From positions 128,001-192,000 of the forward strand of contig JBMNFY010000007.1 in NCBI GenBank assembly GCA_050949565.1: a stretch of DNA of 64,000 bases. The letters run 5' to 3'. The notes under the pieces were generated by a model that was not told where the DNA came from, ran no database searches, and was given only the letters and a program-made list of their open reading frames with translations. Position 1 is the stretch's first letter, and every line of letters starts with the position of its first letter. The stretch is from Kiritimatiellia bacterium. Lineage in GTDB: Bacteria > Verrucomicrobiota > Kiritimatiellia > RFP12 > UBA1067. This document shows, one piece after another, positions 60,439-64,000 of this stretch. A program made the position numbers and the translations under genes.

Positions 60439-61599
60439 ATGACCTCTTTCACCTGCTACAACCCGGTAAAGCTCGTGTTCGGCAAAGGCATGATCGCCGA
60501 ACTCAAAGACCTCATTCCGCCCGACCTGACCGTCATGCTTACGTACGGCGGTGGTTCGATCAAGAAAAACGGCGTGTACGATCAAGTGCGCGCCGCGCTC
60601 GCAGATCGCACGGTGGTTGAGTTCGGCGGCATTGAGCCTAATCCGCGTTACGAGACCTGTATGCGGGCTGCGGAGTTGGCGAAGAGCGAAGGTGTGGGTT
60701 TCCTGTTGGCGGTTGGCGGCGGCTCGGTATTGGACGCTACCAAGTTCATCGCCATTGCCGCCCTCTACGATGCGGGCGATCCGTGGGAGATCATGGAAGG
60801 ACGCGCGCCGATTGAAGCCGCAATGCCGCTGGGGGCAGTCCTGACCCTCCCCGCCACTGGATCAGAGATGAACACCAATGCGGTCATCTCACGCGAATCG
60901 ACCGGTGAGAAGCTATCGTTCGGTTCGCCGCATGTCTATCCGCAGTTCTCGATCCTGGATCCGGAAACGACCTATTCGTTGCCGGAACGCCAGACCCAGA
61001 ACGGCATTGTCGACACCTTTGCCCATGTGATGGAGCAGTACATGTGCGGCATCGGACGTGCGCCGCTTACCGAGCGCATGGCGGAGGCGGTTCTCATCAC
61101 ACTGGTCGAGGAAGCTCCCAAAGTCAAAGCCAATCCCGATGACTATGAGGTGCGGGCCAATCTGATGTGGTGCGCCACCGTCGGCCTGAACGGTTGGCTC
61201 GGCTGCGGTGTTGCGGCGCAAGACTGGGCCACGCACATGATCGGCCACGAGTTGACCGCGCTGTACGGCATTGATCACGGCCGCACCCTGGCTGTGATCA
61301 TGCCCGCTGTACACAGGCATCAGCTTGAGCGCAAACTGCCGCGACTCGTGCAGTGCGCCGAGCGTGTCTGGGGCATCACGCAGGGTGAGGATAAGGACCG
61401 CGCCGCGCAGGCGATCGACCGCATGGAGGCTTTTTTCCAGTCGGTTGGTGTACCGACGCGCTTGAGCGCCTACAACGTGGATGCGGATGAGGCCGCTCCG
61501 CTTGTCGCCGAGAGGTTGGCGCGGCGCGGCGTCAAGATCGGCGAATATGGCGACCTCGGCGAACAGGCAGTGCGTGAGATTGTCATGCTGGCGCGATAG
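60439..61599 (+). CDS. Iron-containing alcohol dehydrogenase (YqhD/BdhA-like, NADPH-dependent)
   Basis: YGGGSIKKNG, AVGGGSVLD, TLPATGSE, DWATHMIGHE motifs. Confidence 0.93.
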   Translation: MTSFTCYNPVKLVFGKGMIAELKDLIPPDLTVMLTYGGGSIKKNGVYDQVRAALADRTVVEFGGIEPNPRYETCMRAAELAKSEGVGFLLAVGGGSVLDATKFIAIAALYDAGDPWEIMEGRAPIEAAMPLGAVLTLPATGSEMNTNAVISRESTGEKLSFGSPHVYPQFSILDPETTYSLPERQTQNGIVDTFAHVMEQYMCGIGRAPLTERMAEAVLITLVEEAPKVKANPDDYEVRANLMWCATVGLNGWLGCGVAAQDWATHMIGHELTALYGIDHGRTLAVIMPAVHRHQLERKLPRLVQCAERVWGITQGEDKDRAAQAIDRMEAFFQSVGVPTRLSAYNVDADEAAPLVAERLARRGVKIGEYGDLGEQAVREIVMLAR

Positions 61600-61655
61600 A
61601 CGCACCGCTTTGGCGTTCGGGCCGCAGCGTGGACACAGTTTTAAGGAGGACACGC

Positions 61656-62333
61656 ATGAGAACGATGCTTTGCACGCTGGTCATCTGCTTGACCGTAGGG
61701 GCTGCCGTCTTCTCAACCCGCTCTTACGTGCGGGAGGAGGGACGCCGCACCCGTGCGGCGTTCGGCCGCTCTCTCGATACGGACGTTCCAGTCGATGACA
61801 CGCAAAATGTCATCGCCAAAAAACTGGAGTCCATACAGAGCCAGCTTGCGGCGCTAAGCCGCCGCATGACCGTGCTAGAAGAATCCATCGCGGCACGCCC
61901 TCAAGTTGCGGACAACACCGCCCGCCTGCAAACGGATCTGACCGCCACGCGGCAGGAAGTAAAAGCGATCGCCTCTTCGCAAGCCCGGCTGTCAGGGGTT
62001 CCCGGATACTTGGCCGACCTCACCCGCTATCTGGACCGTTCCTTTGCGCACATCGAAAACCGCGTTGCCGATAGCGGCACACCGGAAGCGCTTCTTTTGG
62101 CTGTTGATGATCTCACGCAACGCCTCAATGTGATCGAAGAGTTGGTCGCCACGCTCAATGCGACCTTAGGCGTCTTGCCCGACACGCAAGACGGCGCCCA
62201 AACCACAATACTCTCGTTGGACACGCGGTTATCACAGCTTGCCGAGCAAAACGAAAACATCCGCAAGGACATCGTCGCTTTGCGCGAATGGATGACGCCA
62301 CGTAACATTGATCCGGTCAAAAGGCCGCGCTGA
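61656..62333 (+). CDS. Hypothetical membrane-anchored coiled-coil protein
   Basis: AAGGAGG RBS; N-terminal hydrophobic helix; heptad-like Leu pattern. Confidence 0.7.
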   Translation: MRTMLCTLVICLTVGAAVFSTRSYVREEGRRTRAAFGRSLDTDVPVDDTQNVIAKKLESIQSQLAALSRRMTVLEESIAARPQVADNTARLQTDLTATRQEVKAIASSQARLSGVPGYLADLTRYLDRSFAHIENRVADSGTPEALLLAVDDLTQRLNVIEELVATLNATLGVLPDTQDGAQTTILSLDTRLSQLAEQNENIRKDIVALREWMTPRNIDPVKRPR

Positions 62334-62356
62334 GACAGCGGCCACAAGGAATCCCC

Positions 62357-63316
62357 ATGACAATCTTCAAACGCTTACAAACGCCGCTTATTCTCGCCAC
62401 GCTCCTGCTGTTGGTTATCTCAGGGCTCATGACTGGTTGGACGGCCCGCATCATCGAACCGCTGACGCAACGCAATCTCGATTTCCTCGACGCCTCAATT
62501 ATGGACACCTTCCACCTTATGCTTCCGGTCGGCGCCGCCAAAGCCGCCGCCGACATCGTGGAAGGCTCTACCCTGAACGTCGAGGCTGGCGCGGTCCTCG
62601 CCAAGGCCGGTATGACGATCGAAGTTGGCGACTCGCTACAGCCGTTGCTCGACTACATTGAGGTCGCGTGGGACCTGTTGCTTGCCAGCATGATCTATCT
62701 GGTAACCGCCAAGTGCGTCGTGACGGGCGCGAGCGCTACCGCCGGTCCGCTACTGATTTTTGCGCTGGGCGCCTTTCTGCTCAACAGTTTGATCGCCTGC
62801 TTTGCCGCCAACCAACAGGTGCTCCGCCAGATGCTCCATCGCCTCGGCGCGATTTTCTTGCTCTGTGCCCTGCTCTTCCTGCTGATCATCCCCTTGACCG
62901 TCGCTGGCTCGGCCTATCTCACGCGCCATACCACCGCGCCCATGCGCGAGTCAGTCAGCACTTCGTTCCAGAAGATCGGCAAAGTCTTTTCAATGGATCG
63001 CTTCCATGCGACCGATGACCTCAAGGAAAAGGCGGTCGCACTGCGAGACAAGGTATCCGAGTTGAGCCTATATGCCAAAGACGCCATGTCCGACGTAGCG
63101 GTCGCGGTCTGTACACTTGCCGCCGTCAAACTGCTCAATGGCGTCGTCTTCCCGCTTGCTTCGTTCGGTTTTCTAATCTGGCTGGTGCGCGGTTGTCTCT
63201 GGCCTGTGCTCGGCCTGAGTGACCGTCCTTTGGACAGTGACGATTTCCGGCGTCTCCGCGATTTTCTGCATCATCCGCATCCCGAAAAAACATCGGCCAC
63301 ACCTCCTAAATCCTAA
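62357..63316 (+). CDS. Hypothetical integral membrane protein
   Basis: Multiple TM segments; AAGGA RBS. Confidence 0.75.
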   Translation: MTIFKRLQTPLILATLLLLVISGLMTGWTARIIEPLTQRNLDFLDASIMDTFHLMLPVGAAKAAADIVEGSTLNVEAGAVLAKAGMTIEVGDSLQPLLDYIEVAWDLLLASMIYLVTAKCVVTGASATAGPLLIFALGAFLLNSLIACFAANQQVLRQMLHRLGAIFLLCALLFLLIIPLTVAGSAYLTRHTTAPMRESVSTSFQKIGKVFSMDRFHATDDLKEKAVALRDKVSELSLYAKDAMSDVAVAVCTLAAVKLLNGVVFPLASFGFLIWLVRGCLWPVLGLSDRPLDSDDFRRLRDFLHHPHPEKTSATPPKS

Positions 63317-63332
63317 CTCCTAATTCCTAACT
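63302..63332. repeat. Short heptamer tandem repeat
   Basis: TCCTAAA TCCTAAC TCCTAAT TCCTAAC. Confidence 0.65.
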
Positions 63333-64000
63333 GAGGCTCTTGCAAAACCCCCTCGTGACATGGGCGTCCCGCCCATGAAACACGGGCAGGATGCCCGTGC
63401 CACGCCTGCACGCAAGGGATTTTGCAGGATTTTCTGACGAAGAGGCGCAGCGGTTGCTGAAAAACGGACGCGACAGGGCGTTTTTCCCGTTTTTCGGATG
63501 TTTCCGGGCAGACCCCGGCGCCTCCGCCCGGTCGCGGGCGGGTTTTCAGGGAGGGCAGTCTGCCGCGGGGCCGGTCAGGGAAGCATTCTGAGCATCTGCT
63601 CGGCGGCGATGACCAGCAGCCCGAAGGCCAGATGCGCCGCCACCTTCGCCGGGCCGCGCACCCGGACGTTCCGTCCGCCGTGCTCTTCGTGCAGATGGCT
63701 GTTGACGCGCTCGGACGGCCGTGCGTTCGTGGTAGCGCCGGGCTTCCGCCGGGGAGAACTCGATCTTCTCGCCCCGGCGCGGGTTGTGGTCGATGAGCGC
63801 CACGTGCCCCAGCCGCGCCGACATCTCGCGGATCTCCTTGGCGTCGTAGGCGGCGTCGGCCAGATCATAGAGGTTGACGATCCGTCCGGCGGTCATCTGC
63901 GCCAGCGGGATGGCGGCCTGGCTGTCGTGCAGGCTGGCGGAAGTGAGTATGAAGCTGACCGGGATATCGCCGTCGATCACGTCCAGATGGGCCTTGTAGC
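63333..64000 (-). mobile_element. Partial IS (IS5/IS1182-like DDE transposase C-terminus, frameshift near 63718)
   Basis: TSASLHDSQ, DAAYD, RY.ERTAV/ERVNS motifs; stop at 63575; putative end GAGGCTCTTGCAAAA. Confidence 0.8.
63354..63418 (+). repeat. REP-like palindromic element, copy 3
   Basis: CGTGACATGGGCGTCCCGCCCATGAAACACGGGCAGGATGCCCGTGCCACG. Confidence 0.85.

Overview
GC-rich bacterial chromosomal window. Gene style suggests a PVC-superphylum organism, possibly Kiritimatiellia/Lentisphaeria (inference). It contains: (1) 1-13.0 kb, a giant secreted-protein locus: a frameshift-broken ~3,900-aa PKD/QW-barrel/FN3/Ig protein ending in a Gly-linker plus an atypical Hint domain, translationally coupled to a second secreted protein; (2) rpsB-tsf, a flavodoxin-like gene and two large secreted proteins; (3) 22.6-30.3 kb, a visibly lower-GC array of co-oriented orphan genes punctuated by three families of repeated non-coding modules, four copies of a canonical-looking sigma70 promoter, two degenerate attC-like sites, an intact IS4-family element with TIRs and a 9-bp TSD, and an IS remnant; (4) a housekeeping run ispF-cysS-tmk-holB-ricT-aroQ-pfkB-Ser/Thr kinase-thrC; (5) oxidoreductases, an AEC transporter, hydG, an RRM protein, an M14 peptidase-like protein, a duplicated Na+-translocating decarboxylase system, Tat-exported Gfo/Idh/MocA and ThuA proteins, an iron ADH and a partial IS at the right edge. 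Frequent indels in otherwise intact genes suggest long-read assembly errors. No rRNA, tRNA or CRISPR array was recognised. All product calls come from motif recognition by eye, not database searches.
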